Part shown: positions 20,516 through 29,633 of the stretch, piece after piece
Numbering within the stretch: position 1 is the stretch's first letter
Layout of the letters: each line of letters begins with the position of its first letter
Source of the DNA: Candidatus Binatia bacterium
Lineage (GTDB): Bacteria; Desulfobacterota; Binatia; UBA9968; JAJDTQ01
NCBI GenBank assembly: GCA_963666515.2
Contig: OY762897.2
Coordinates: 3,424,001 to 3,488,000, forward strand
Direction: 5' to 3'
DNA length: 64,000 nt
Notes under the pieces: generated by a model
What the model saw: only the letters and a program-made list of their open reading frames with translations
Databases searched by the model: none
What the model was told of the DNA's origin: nothing
Position numbers and translations under genes: made by a program

Positions 20516-20609
20516 CACCACACTCCAACCGGACGGCTTCTATTGTTCGGACCGGCCCTAAACTCAAACTCCGAGGAAACAGGACGCTGCGCAGCAGCAA
20601 GACGCTGGC

Positions 20610-20790
20610 GCGGTCGAACAAGGGTTTGGTGCACGTGCGGCGCGATGAAGTGGATCGAGTAACCAAGCATCGATCTTCCGACGGTTGGGATTGGAGCCGT
20701 GGATCACGGTCTCGCTGTGGAACGAGACCTCGTCGGCCTGAAGTTCCACGTCTACCGCCCTCGACTTGTCCATGTCCGCGATGGTCTGGC
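20610..20790 (-). pseudogene. Phytanoyl-CoA dioxygenase (PhyH)-like C-terminal fragment
   Basis: AVDVELQADEVSFH..VIHGSNPN, then GYSIHFIAPHVHQ in a shifted frame; limits approximate. Confidence 0.55.
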
Positions 20791-20967
20791 CCCCTGGAGG
20801 AGGTTATCCTGGGCGAGGATCTCGACGTGTGGGCGGGCGCCCACCGCGTGGGAGCCGTGGATGCCGCCGTTCATTGGCGCTTACGCTGTCCTCGCCATGT
20901 CGCGGCCTAGGCAGGACCTTGCCCGCGACCTCCCCGCTCGGCAAATCCTCCATATGGGGGATTTTAG

Positions 20968-21213
20968 TTAGCAGTCGTCCTCCGACCAGTTGTCGTCCTC
21001 CAACTCGGCTAGTCTCCTCAGTTTTTCCTCTTCGGCATCCTCCCACCTTGCATTTGATTCCTGGATCATCCGCTCCAGTTCATCTTCTTCCTCTCGCTGC
21101 CGCTTCTCTTCAGCTTCGTCCTCTAGCATCCTCTCCAAGCTTTCTTCGTCCTCGATCTCCTCTTCGTCCACAGAGCCGAAAAGGAAGGTCCAAAAGTTCC
21201 TGATCAAGGCCAT
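20968..21213 (-). CDS. Small, highly acidic hypothetical protein
   Basis: GAGGGG RBS before ATG; short hydrophobic N-terminus followed by an E/D-rich helix. Confidence 0.55.
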   Translation of the reverse strand: MALIRNFWTFLFGSVDEEEIEDEESLERMLEDEAEEKRQREEEDELERMIQESNARWEDAEEEKLRRLAELEDDNWSEDDC

Positions 21214-21461
21214 TTGTTCCCCTCGACATAAGCCGCCCAGAACGCCTGAAGTCGGTCAGCCACTCCGGCATGAAAGGACAGTCACTTCCTGATCTCCACG
21301 CTTGACGATCCAGTGAGGTTCAGGTCCATAGCATACCATCATACCGCAATGGGGCAAATTTCCAGCAACGCCACGGCGATGTACAAGAGTTTGTGTCAGC
21401 GCGGGGGGATAGTTGTAGGTGTCGGACATCGGTTCGGTTCTCCATCCAATCCGGCGGGATG

Positions 21462-22296
21462 CTATTGCGGCCGGCGTCCGCCGAAGGCTCCCGCGATGCC
21501 GGAGCCCTCGAAGATGCCGCCGACCTCCTCCTGGTCCGGCCCGTAGAAACGGCCCTCGATCCTGTCGTCGGCCGCGCCGGCCGAAGCCCCCGTCCGTGAC
21601 CGCCAGGCCGGTCCAGGTCATGTCCTCGTAGCTCGTGCCCGTGTGCGCGTTGGTCAGGTCCGTGAACATCACGTCCGCATTCATCCCCGACGGCGTCATA
21701 TCGACGGAGACGGTCGCCTCGCCCTGCACGACGGATTCCAGGCTGGACGTCACGCTCGAATCCCGCCCGACGACGAAGCCGCGCCAGTGCGCGCTTCCAT
21801 CGGGGACCGCCGGGTTCTCGCCCGTGCCGTGGCCGAGCGTGTACGAGTAGAAGACGGTGGCGCCGTAGTTCGGGTTCTTCTCGTCCTTGAACAGGTTGGC
21901 CTGCGAGGCAAAGAAGCCATGATCCATCCACCCGCCGAACACGGTGACGTCGCTGTTCGCCGAACTGCTGCGTTCCACCACCAGCCGGACGCCGTTCGGT
22001 CCGGCCAGGACCTCCAGGTCTACGTCATCGGCGCTGAAGCCGTCCGTCGTGAAAACGCGCCCGAATCCCAAGGAACAGCTTGCCTCGCGGCACACCGAGG
22101 GCACGCGTTCCGCGGCCGTGGCTCCGGCACGGTAGCCCAGCGCATCTCCGAAGAGGATGACGTTGGCTTTCCCGGCTATCCTGGCGTAGTCGGACCGGGC
22201 AATCTGCTCCGGCGTCCGCGGGCCGCTTCCGACGCCGCATCCCGAGAGCATGATCAGGGAGAGCACGGCCAAGGCCGCCGTCGCTGATGTCCTCAT
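21462..22296 (-). pseudogene. TbpB-like beta-barrel surface lipoprotein, frameshifted near 21575
   Basis: Lipobox LSGC; GGWMDHGFF; the terminal motif IEGRFYGPDQEEVGGIF..GAFGGRR* lies in a shifted frame ending at TAG 21462. Confidence 0.7.
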
Positions 22297-22361
22297 GGGT
22301 TATCCTCCTTCATGAAATTACGCGCTCGGAGGTCAAGACCCGGTCCGCATGGTTCGGTCCC

Positions 22362-24062
22362 TCACCCGAAATCCTTCGCGAACGCCTGCCGCTGCTCGGT
22401 GTTGCCGAGCATGATCAGCTCGCTGCCCCTCTGCAGCGACGTCGAGGGCGAGGGGTTGGTGACGACGACGCCGTTCTGTTGGACGCCGACGACGGTGAGG
22501 CCGGTGCGCTCGGAGACGGCGCAGCCGCCGAGGTCCCGGCCCACGAGCGAGGAAGGGGCGGGAACCACGAACAGCTCGACGCCCTCGCCGATGACCAGCA
22601 ACTCGCGGGCGTGGAGCTGGGCGAAGATGTCCTCGACGCCCTGGGAGGTGTAGCTGAGGGCGAAATCGGCGCCGGCTCGGTAGATGGCCTCGAGGTTCCG
22701 GGGGTGGGTGAGGCGGCTCAGGATGAGGACCTCGGGGTTGAGGCGGCGGCAGAACACCGCCAGGTAGATGTTCGTGGCGTCGTCGGCGGTGGACAGCACC
22801 ACCGCGGGGGCGTTGTGGAGCCCCGCTTCCATGAGCAACCCGCGGTCCGCGGCGTCGCCCATGAAGAGACGGTTGGGAATCTCGCCGATGCGCGGCCGCA
22901 GCGTCTCGTCGCGCTCGATGATGTGCACCGCCACGTCCTTGCGTCTCAGCGCCTCCGCGGTGGCGCGCCCCACCTTGCCGCCGCCGAGGACCAGCACCGG
23001 GTTGTAGTTGATGTCGTAGATCACCAGCAGCAGGTTGAGTTCCATGATCTGCTGCTCCGTGCCCGCCAGCACCAGCAGGCTGGAATGGGAGAGAAAGGTG
23101 TCGGGTGTGGCCGGCAACAGCTTGCCCCGCTCCCACACGCCGATGATCTCCACTCCGGTGGCCTCGCGGATCTGCGTCTCGCGAATGGTGCGGCCGGCGA
23201 ACGGCGTATTGTGCACGGCGAACTCCGCGATTTGCAGGTTGCGGATGCCGCCGATGACGTGCACCTCGGCATGCCCGGCGTTGACGCGGTTGGCGAGGCG
23301 TTCCGCCAGTTGCTGGTGCAGCGGCAGCACGTGGGTGCAGCCGCTCAGCTCCAGCACGTCGATGGAGTCCTCCCTCTCCACGGTGGCGACGATGGGAACG
23401 TCGGGAGCCACCTCACGGGCCGTGATGGTGATGCTGGTGTTCACCGCGTCCCTGAGGTTGGCCAGGATGAGGCGCGCGTCCGCGGCCCGCAAGTTCACGT
23501 AGGTCTCCCGGCTGTCCACGTCGCCGGTGATGACCGACAGGCCATCGCGCTGCTTGCGGGCGGCTTCGGCGGGCTCCGGCTCGACGAGGCAGTAGGGAAT
23601 GTCATACAGCGCCAGCCGCTCCACCAGCCCCGTCGCGAGCGCGTCGTGGCCGCAAATGACCACGTGACCCGCCAGGTTCTCCGGCACCCGGCGGGGCGCG
23701 CGGCCCCGTATCTGCGCTTCCAGCCACGGCGCGTAGAACGAGCGGATCAGGGTGAAGGGCAGCAGGATGAGCAGCAGGATGATGCCCGATACGAGGACGA
23801 GGATGCTGAAGATTCTGCCGATGTCGCTGTGGAAGACGATGTCGCCGAACCCCAGCGTGCTCATGACCGTCAGGGTCCAGTAGAAGCCCGTGACCCAGGA
23901 GTGGTCCTTCCCCTCCACGCCGGCCATGATGAAGTGGAAGACGACGGAATAGATGACGATGATCCCAACCAGGACGCTGAGAAACTTGAACAGAACGCCC
24001 AGATTGCGCCGGGTTTCCGGGGCCTCCAGGACCGACAGGATCAGGCTGACCAGGACTTTCAC
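22362..24062 (-). CDS. 2-TM potassium channel with tandem RCK (TrkA-N/C) domains
   Basis: Filter TVMSTLGFGD; HVVICGH and VLGGGKVG Rossmann motifs. Confidence 0.9.
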   Translation of the reverse strand: MKVLVSLILSVLEAPETRRNLGVLFKFLSVLVGIIVIYSVVFHFIMAGVEGKDHSWVTGFYWTLTVMSTLGFGDIVFHSDIGRIFSILVLVSGIILLLILLPFTLIRSFYAPWLEAQIRGRAPRRVPENLAGHVVICGHDALATGLVERLALYDIPYCLVEPEPAEAARKQRDGLSVITGDVDSRETYVNLRAADARLILANLRDAVNTSITITAREVAPDVPIVATVEREDSIDVLELSGCTHVLPLHQQLAERLANRVNAGHAEVHVIGGIRNLQIAEFAVHNTPFAGRTIRETQIREATGVEIIGVWERGKLLPATPDTFLSHSSLLVLAGTEQQIMELNLLLVIYDINYNPVLVLGGGKVGRATAEALRRKDVAVHIIERDETLRPRIGEIPNRLFMGDAADRGLLMEAGLHNAPAVVLSTADDATNIYLAVFCRRLNPEVLILSRLTHPRNLEAIYRAGADFALSYTSQGVEDIFAQLHARELLVIGEGVELFVVPAPSSLVGRDLGGCAVSERTGLTVVGVQQNGVVVTNPSPSTSLQRGSELIMLGNTEQRQAFAKDFG

Positions 24063-24128
24063 GACAGGACCGTATGAACGATAAGCGCTTCCGTGCTCCC
24101 TTGCGACACCGACGGGGCTCGACCCGGC

Positions 24129-25487
24129 TCAGCCTTCGGCCAGCCAGCGTCCGATACCCACGAGTTCCCAGTCCTTGCGGTAGTAGCCGAGCAACTGCAC
24201 GCCCAGCGGCATTTCGTCGAGCGCCAGCAGCGGCAGGTTCAGGGTGGGGACGCCCACCACCGACGACAGCTCGCCGTAGATGGAGTTGCCCACCGGCATG
24301 CCCACGGGCGCGGCGTCCACGGAGTTCAGGGTCACGAACGCGTCGGCGCGGTCCGCCATGGCCTCCCACTGCCGGCGGAAGGCATGGCACCAATCCAGCG
24401 CGCCGGCGTAGTCCGCGGGGGTGAGGCCGCGGCCCGCCTCCACCCGCTCCAGCACCCGCTCGCTCAGGAGCTCCGGGCAGCGGTCGGCATAGACCGCCAG
24501 CGGGTAGCGCCCTTCGTAGGTCAGCATCAACAGGATCACCTCGGGCAGCTCCCTGAGCTTGTGCTCCAGCGCTTCTACGTCGGGGTCCCCGGCCCGGCTC
24601 GCCACCTCCACCCCCCTGGACCGCAGCTCTTCGACGTACCCCTCGAAGACCGCGCGGGTTTCATCCGGCGTCACGTCCCATCCCGCGGTTTCGAGCCGGA
24701 CCACCCTCCGGGGCTTGCTCGCCGGCGGCAGCGAGGGCTCGCCCGCCAGGCTCGGGTAGCCGGGGTCGCCGCCGGCGGTGTGGGAGATGAACCAGGCCGT
24801 GCTCCACGTGTCCTGCAGGGTGCCGGCGAGAATGCCCAGGTGGGCCAGGCTCGGCGCCGACGGGAATCCCCCCAGGGTATTGATGGCGCCGTAGGAGGCC
24901 TTGATGGCGTAGGTGCCGCAGTAGGCCGCCGGCCGCAGCACCGAGCCGCGCACCTGCGTGCCGGTGGCCGCGGGAACCATGCGCGCGCCCACCGCGGCGG
25001 CGCTGCCGCTGGAGGAGCCTCCCGGCGTCCGGGACACGTCCCAGGGATTGCGGGTGGGTCCGGGCGCGGCAAAAGCGAACTCGGTGGTCACGGTCTTGCC
25101 CAGGATCAGCGCGCCGCCCTTGCGCAGGCAGTGGACCGCGGCGCCGTCCCAGCCGGTGTGGAAGTCCTTGAGCACCGGGCTGCCCACCTCCATGGGCATG
25201 TCCTCGGTCTCGTGCACGTCCTTGATGGCCATGGGCATGCCGTCCACCACCGACAGGGGCCGTCCGTCCTTGTAGCGCGCGGTGGCGGCATCCGCGGCCT
25301 TGCGGGCGCCGTCCACGTTCATGCGGACGAACGCCCGGACCTCCGGCTCCAGGGCCTCGATGGTTTCGAGGCATCGCTCAAGGTAGGCCCGCGGCGTGTC
25401 GCTGCCGTCGAGTAAAGAGGGGACCGCGGACGCGAAGCACAGGAGGTTCGCGGTCTTGGGGTCATAGGGAACCTTTCGTCCGGCCAT
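24129..25487 (-). CDS. Amidase signature family protein
   Basis: AIKD, GKTVTTEFA, TPGGSSSGS and GSVLRPAAYCG motifs; start re-set to ATG 25487. Confidence 0.92.
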   Translation of the reverse strand: MAGRKVPYDPKTANLLCFASAVPSLLDGSDTPRAYLERCLETIEALEPEVRAFVRMNVDGARKAADAATARYKDGRPLSVVDGMPMAIKDVHETEDMPMEVGSPVLKDFHTGWDGAAVHCLRKGGALILGKTVTTEFAFAAPGPTRNPWDVSRTPGGSSSGSAAAVGARMVPAATGTQVRGSVLRPAAYCGTYAIKASYGAINTLGGFPSAPSLAHLGILAGTLQDTWSTAWFISHTAGGDPGYPSLAGEPSLPPASKPRRVVRLETAGWDVTPDETRAVFEGYVEELRSRGVEVASRAGDPDVEALEHKLRELPEVILLMLTYEGRYPLAVYADRCPELLSERVLERVEAGRGLTPADYAGALDWCHAFRRQWEAMADRADAFVTLNSVDAAPVGMPVGNSIYGELSSVVGVPTLNLPLLALDEMPLGVQLLGYYRKDWELVGIGRWLAEG

Positions 25488-25533
25488 GAGGTCCTTTCCG
25501 GGTTGCGGCGCCTTGTCCACGGGCGCGTGGATA

Positions 25534-25562
25534 CTTGGCATTATAGACAACAAAATGCCAAG
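25534..25562. promoter_or_regulatory. Inverted repeat, candidate operator between divergent amidase and modA
   Basis: CTTGGCATT-N11-AATGCCAAG in an AT-rich spacer. Confidence 0.5.
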
Positions 25563-25570
25563 AAAAAAAG

Positions 25571-26374
25571 ATGAACAAGGAAAGCAACGAGGCTCCGAAT
25601 CGTGCGGTCCGTGTGCTCGCGGGAGTCCTCGTCCTCGTGGCGGCTTGGTCCGCCCCGGCCGCGGCGGCCGACCGGCTGCTGGTGTTCGCGGCCGCCAGCC
25701 TCCAGGGCGCCGTCGACGCCGTCGCGCAGCGCTTCGAGACGGCGGGCGGCGCGCCGGTGACGGTGTCGTTCGCGGCGAGTTCCACCCTGGCCCGGCAGAT
25801 CGAGCGCGGCGCGGCCGCGGACGTCTACGTGTCGGCCAGTCCGAAATGGACGGATCGGCTGGAGGCCGGGCGATGGTTGCGGCCGGGCACCCTCGGCAAC
25901 CTGCTCGGCAACCGGCTGGTGCTCGTGGCCCCCGCGGGGCAAGGTGCGCCCGTGCCCATCCACCGCGGCTTTCCCCTGGCGCGGCTGCTCGGAGACGGCC
26001 GGCTGGTCATGGGCGATCCGAGCCACGTCCCCGCGGGGCAGTACGCCAGGGCGGCGCTGGAGACCCTCGGGGTCTGGCGCACGGTGGCGGGCCGGGTGGC
26101 GGGCGCCCCCACCGTTCGCCACGCGCTGGCGCTGGTGGCCCGGGGAGAGGCGCCGTACGGCATCGTCTACGCCACCGACGCCAGGGCCGAACCCAACGTC
26201 GCGGTGGTGGGCGTCTTTCCCGAGGAATATCACCCGCCCATCCACTACACGGCGGCCGTCCCCGCCGCCAGCACGCATCCGCAGGCCGAGACGTTCCTGA
26301 ACTTCCTGTGGTCGCGGCAGGCCCGCTCGGTCTTCGAAGGCCACGGTTTCGCGGTCAGGGGGCCGGGACGCTGA
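25571..26374 (+). CDS. modA: Molybdate ABC transporter substrate-binding protein
   Basis: FAAASL, FAASSTLARQI, VPAGQYA and GIVYATDA motifs. Confidence 0.95.
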   Translation: MNKESNEAPNRAVRVLAGVLVLVAAWSAPAAAADRLLVFAAASLQGAVDAVAQRFETAGGAPVTVSFAASSTLARQIERGAAADVYVSASPKWTDRLEAGRWLRPGTLGNLLGNRLVLVAPAGQGAPVPIHRGFPLARLLGDGRLVMGDPSHVPAGQYARAALETLGVWRTVAGRVAGAPTVRHALALVARGEAPYGIVYATDARAEPNVAVVGVFPEEYHPPIHYTAAVPAASTHPQAETFLNFLWSRQARSVFEGHGFAVRGPGR

Positions 26375-27078
26375 TGTCCGTGTGGCCCCTGAGCCCGGCG
26401 GAGATGGAGGCGCTTCGCCTGAGCGTCCGGGTCGCCGCCTGGAGCACGCTCGTGAGCCTCCCCTTGGCGGTGCTGGCCGCGTACGTGCTGGCGCGCTACC
26501 GCTTCTGGGGCAAGGAGCTTCTGAACGGCCTGCTGCACATGCCGCTGGTGCTGCCGCCGGTGGTCACCGGATACCTGCTGCTCCTGCTGCTCGGGCGCCG
26601 CGGCCCGGTGGGCGCCTGGCTGGAGCAGACCTTCGGCCTGGTGTTCGCGTTCCGCTGGACCGGGGCCGTGGTGGCCGCGGCGGTGGTGGCGTTTCCGCTG
26701 ATGGTGCGGCCCATCCGGCTGTCGCTGGAAGCCATCGACCGCCGCCTGGAGTCCGCCGCCGCCACCCTCGGCGCCGGGCGTCTGTGGACCTGGCTCACGG
26801 TGACGCTGCCGCTGAGCCTGCCGGGCATGGTGGTGGGGGCGATCCTGGGCTTCACCCGCAGCCTCGGCGAGTTCGGCGCCACCATCACCTTCGTCTCCAA
26901 CATCCCCGGCGAGACCCAGACCCTGTCGCTGGCGGTCCATTCCGCGCTCCAGGTGCCGGGGAACGAGCCCCGCGCCATGCGCCTCACCGTCATCATCGTG
27001 CTGGTCACCCTCGTGGCGCTGGTGGCGTCCGAAATGCTCGGCCGCTACGTGGCGCGAAGGACGCAGGGCCATGCTTGA
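26374..27078 (+). CDS. modB: Molybdate ABC transporter permease
   Basis: PLVLPPVVTGY and RSLGEFGATI motifs; TGATG coupling to modA. Confidence 0.95.
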   Translation: MSVWPLSPAEMEALRLSVRVAAWSTLVSLPLAVLAAYVLARYRFWGKELLNGLLHMPLVLPPVVTGYLLLLLLGRRGPVGAWLEQTFGLVFAFRWTGAVVAAAVVAFPLMVRPIRLSLEAIDRRLESAAATLGAGRLWTWLTVTLPLSLPGMVVGAILGFTRSLGEFGATITFVSNIPGETQTLSLAVHSALQVPGNEPRAMRLTVIIVLVTLVALVASEMLGRYVARRTQGHA

Positions 27079-28201
27079 AGTCGACGTCCAACGGCGCCTC
27101 GGGGACTTCGGCATCGAGGCCCGGTTCAGCAGCGACCAGGGGGTGACGGCGCTCTTCGGCCGGTCCGGCGCGGGCAAGACCTCCATCGTGAACATGGTGA
27201 GCGGGCTGCTCCGACCGGACGAAGGGCATATCGAGGTGGACGGGCACGTCGTGTTCGACAGCGCCGCGGGCGTCGATCTGCCGGCCTGGAAACGGCGGAT
27301 CGGGTACGTATTCCAGGAAGGACGCCTGTTCCCGCACCTGACCGTCCGCTCGAACCTCCTCTACGGCTGGCGTTTCGTGCCGGCGCCGGAGCAGTACCTC
27401 ACCCTGGACCAAGTGGTGACGCTGCTGGACCTTGGGGCGCTGCTGAAACGCCGTCCGCATTCCCTCTCCGGCGGCGAGAAGCAGCGCGTGGCCATAGGCC
27501 GGGCGCTCCTGAGCAACCCGCGGGCGCTGCTGATGGACGAGCCGCTGGCGTCTCTGGACGTGCTCATGAAGCGCGAGATCCTGCCCTACATCGAGCGGCT
27601 GGACGAGATGGGCCTTCCCATCCTCTACGTGAGCCATTCCCTCGACGAGGTGTCGCGCCTGGCCCGCCACCTGGTGCTGGTGTCCGAGGGCCGGGTCACC
27701 CGCTCGGGAGCCGCCGACGAGATCCTGAGCCGACTGGAGCTGTGGTCGCCGGAGGACGAGACGGAGATCGGAACCATGCTGGCGACGCGGGTCTCCCGCC
27801 ACGATGCCGAAGCCGGGTTGACGCACCTCGATTTCCGCGGCGGGGAGTTGCGGGTCCCGATCGTGGACATCCCCGCCGGGGTAGCGGTGCGGGTTTGGAT
27901 CCGCGCCCGGGACGTGAGCGTGGCCACGGAGGCGCCACGGGGGCTGAGCCTGCGCAACGTGCTCAAGGGGACCCTCGTGGAGGTCGGCCCGAGTGACGGC
28001 GAGCCGGGGGGTCTGGCCGAGTTGAGGCTGCGCCTCGGCGACGCCTCCCTGACCGCCCTGGTCACGCGGCACGCCGTCCGCGAGCTGGGGCTGGCGCCGG
28101 GCCGGGAAGTGTACGCCCTGATCAAGAGCGCCAACCTGGACCGGCGTCAACTGAGCCTGGTGGCGGCCATGGCCGGACCCGGCGGGCAACCGAAGCCGTA
28201 A
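27071..28201 (+). CDS. modC: Molybdate ABC transporter ATPase with TOBE domain
   Basis: GRSGAGKT, LSGGEKQRVAIGRAL and SLRNVL motifs. Confidence 0.95.
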   Translation: MLEVDVQRRLGDFGIEARFSSDQGVTALFGRSGAGKTSIVNMVSGLLRPDEGHIEVDGHVVFDSAAGVDLPAWKRRIGYVFQEGRLFPHLTVRSNLLYGWRFVPAPEQYLTLDQVVTLLDLGALLKRRPHSLSGGEKQRVAIGRALLSNPRALLMDEPLASLDVLMKREILPYIERLDEMGLPILYVSHSLDEVSRLARHLVLVSEGRVTRSGAADEILSRLELWSPEDETEIGTMLATRVSRHDAEAGLTHLDFRGGELRVPIVDIPAGVAVRVWIRARDVSVATEAPRGLSLRNVLKGTLVEVGPSDGEPGGLAELRLRLGDASLTALVTRHAVRELGLAPGREVYALIKSANLDRRQLSLVAAMAGPGGQPKP

Positions 28202-28286
28202 GCGTATCCCGTACACGGGGGTTTGAAGCCCGCCTCCACGTTCGTCGCTTCTTGCCGACAACAAGAAACTCTGCACAACTTGCTAC

Positions 28287-29546
28287 ATGGCACAGGCCGC
28301 CGACACGCGCTCCCGAAGCACCTTCTCGTCCCTGCGCAACCGGGATTTCCGCTACCTGTGGGCCGGCACCTGCTTCCTGAGCGGCGGACACTGGCTCCAG
28401 CAGCTCACCGTGGGGTGGGCCTGCTACGAGATGACGCGCTCGTCCATCCTGCTGGGAGCCATCAACGGCCTGCGTTTCGTGCCCTTCCTCATCTTCAGCC
28501 CGCTGGCGGGAGTGGCCGCGGACCGCTCGGACCGGCGCAGGATGATGATCACCACCCAATGGTTCGTGCTGGTGACGGCCCTTGGCATGGCCCTGGTGGC
28601 GCACCTGGAGTGGCTGGAAGTCTGGCACCTGTTCGCCTTCACGCTGGCGACCGGCACCGTATGGTCCTTCAGCGAGCCGGTGCGGCAGGCGCTCATCCCC
28701 GACATCGTGCCGCGGGCGGAGCTGATGAACGCCGTGGCGCTCAATTCCGCGGCCTTCAACTTCACCAAGATCATCGGCCCGAGCGTGGGCGGGGGTCTCA
28801 TTGCCTTCTTCGCGCTGTATGGGAACTTCTCCATCCAGCTTGCGGGGAACTTCTACGTCCAGAGCGCCTCCTACCTCTTCGTCATGTGGATGATCTACCG
28901 GATGAGGGTTCCGGAGCGCGTCCTGGAAGCCGCGCGCACTTCCGTGCTCAGCAACCTGCGCGAGGGAATCCGCTACGTCTGGTCGGATCCCGTGGTGTTC
29001 GCGGTGATGGCCACCGCCATGATCCCGCGCCTGTTCGCCATGCCGTACCAGGCCCTGTTGCCGATCTTCCAGAAGGACGTGCTGCAGGTGGGCGCCGACG
29101 GCCTCGGTCTGATGATGGCGGCGCCGGGTCTCGGCGCCATGGTGGCGATGCTGTTTGTGGCGCATTTCGCCGGCCGGGTGAACCGGCCCGGTTTCCTCAT
29201 GATCGCGGGGCTGGTGTTCCAGGGAGCCTTCCTCATCCTGTTCGCGCTGATGCGTACGCTGACGCTGTCGCTGCTGACCCTGACGGTGGTCGGCGGATTC
29301 CAGGTCATGTTCATGTCGGTCTCCAACATGGTGCTGCACATGACCGTCCCGGACCGGCTGCGGGGCCGGGTCATGAGCATCTACATGCTCGACCGCGGCA
29401 TCACGCCGGCCGGCGCCATGCTGGCCGGGCTGAGCGCCCACTTCATCGGCGCGCCCCATACCGTGCTGGGCATGGGGGTCATCGTGCTGGTGCTGGCCGC
29501 GGCGGTGGTGGCGTTCATGCCGGGCCTGCGCAGGGTGCGGGCGTGA
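28287..29546 (+). CDS. MFS transporter (MFS_3/EntS-like)
   Basis: GVAADRSDRR motif A, multiple TM helices, LRGRVMS. Confidence 0.9.
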   Translation: MAQAADTRSRSTFSSLRNRDFRYLWAGTCFLSGGHWLQQLTVGWACYEMTRSSILLGAINGLRFVPFLIFSPLAGVAADRSDRRRMMITTQWFVLVTALGMALVAHLEWLEVWHLFAFTLATGTVWSFSEPVRQALIPDIVPRAELMNAVALNSAAFNFTKIIGPSVGGGLIAFFALYGNFSIQLAGNFYVQSASYLFVMWMIYRMRVPERVLEAARTSVLSNLREGIRYVWSDPVVFAVMATAMIPRLFAMPYQALLPIFQKDVLQVGADGLGLMMAAPGLGAMVAMLFVAHFAGRVNRPGFLMIAGLVFQGAFLILFALMRTLTLSLLTLTVVGGFQVMFMSVSNMVLHMTVPDRLRGRVMSIYMLDRGITPAGAMLAGLSAHFIGAPHTVLGMGVIVLVLAAAVVAFMPGLRRVRA

Positions 29547-29567
29547 GCGACTGAGCGACCGGAATCC

Positions 29568-29597
29568 TTGACAACCCGCGGCTTCCGCTGTTTCCAT
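29568..29597 (+). promoter_or_regulatory. Possible sigma70 promoter of the dioxygenase genes
   Basis: Perfect TTGACA at 29568; weak extended -10 TG-T-TTCCAT 18 bp later. Confidence 0.35.
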
Positions 29598-29633
29598 TAG
29601 GGGTTCTCGAATCGAACGCGCGGTGGAGGCATC

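Noticed and set aside
21256-21461. C-terminal extension of the lipoprotein in the ORF track
   Set aside because: Out-of-frame read-through after the frameshift; the family-typical end is at 21462.
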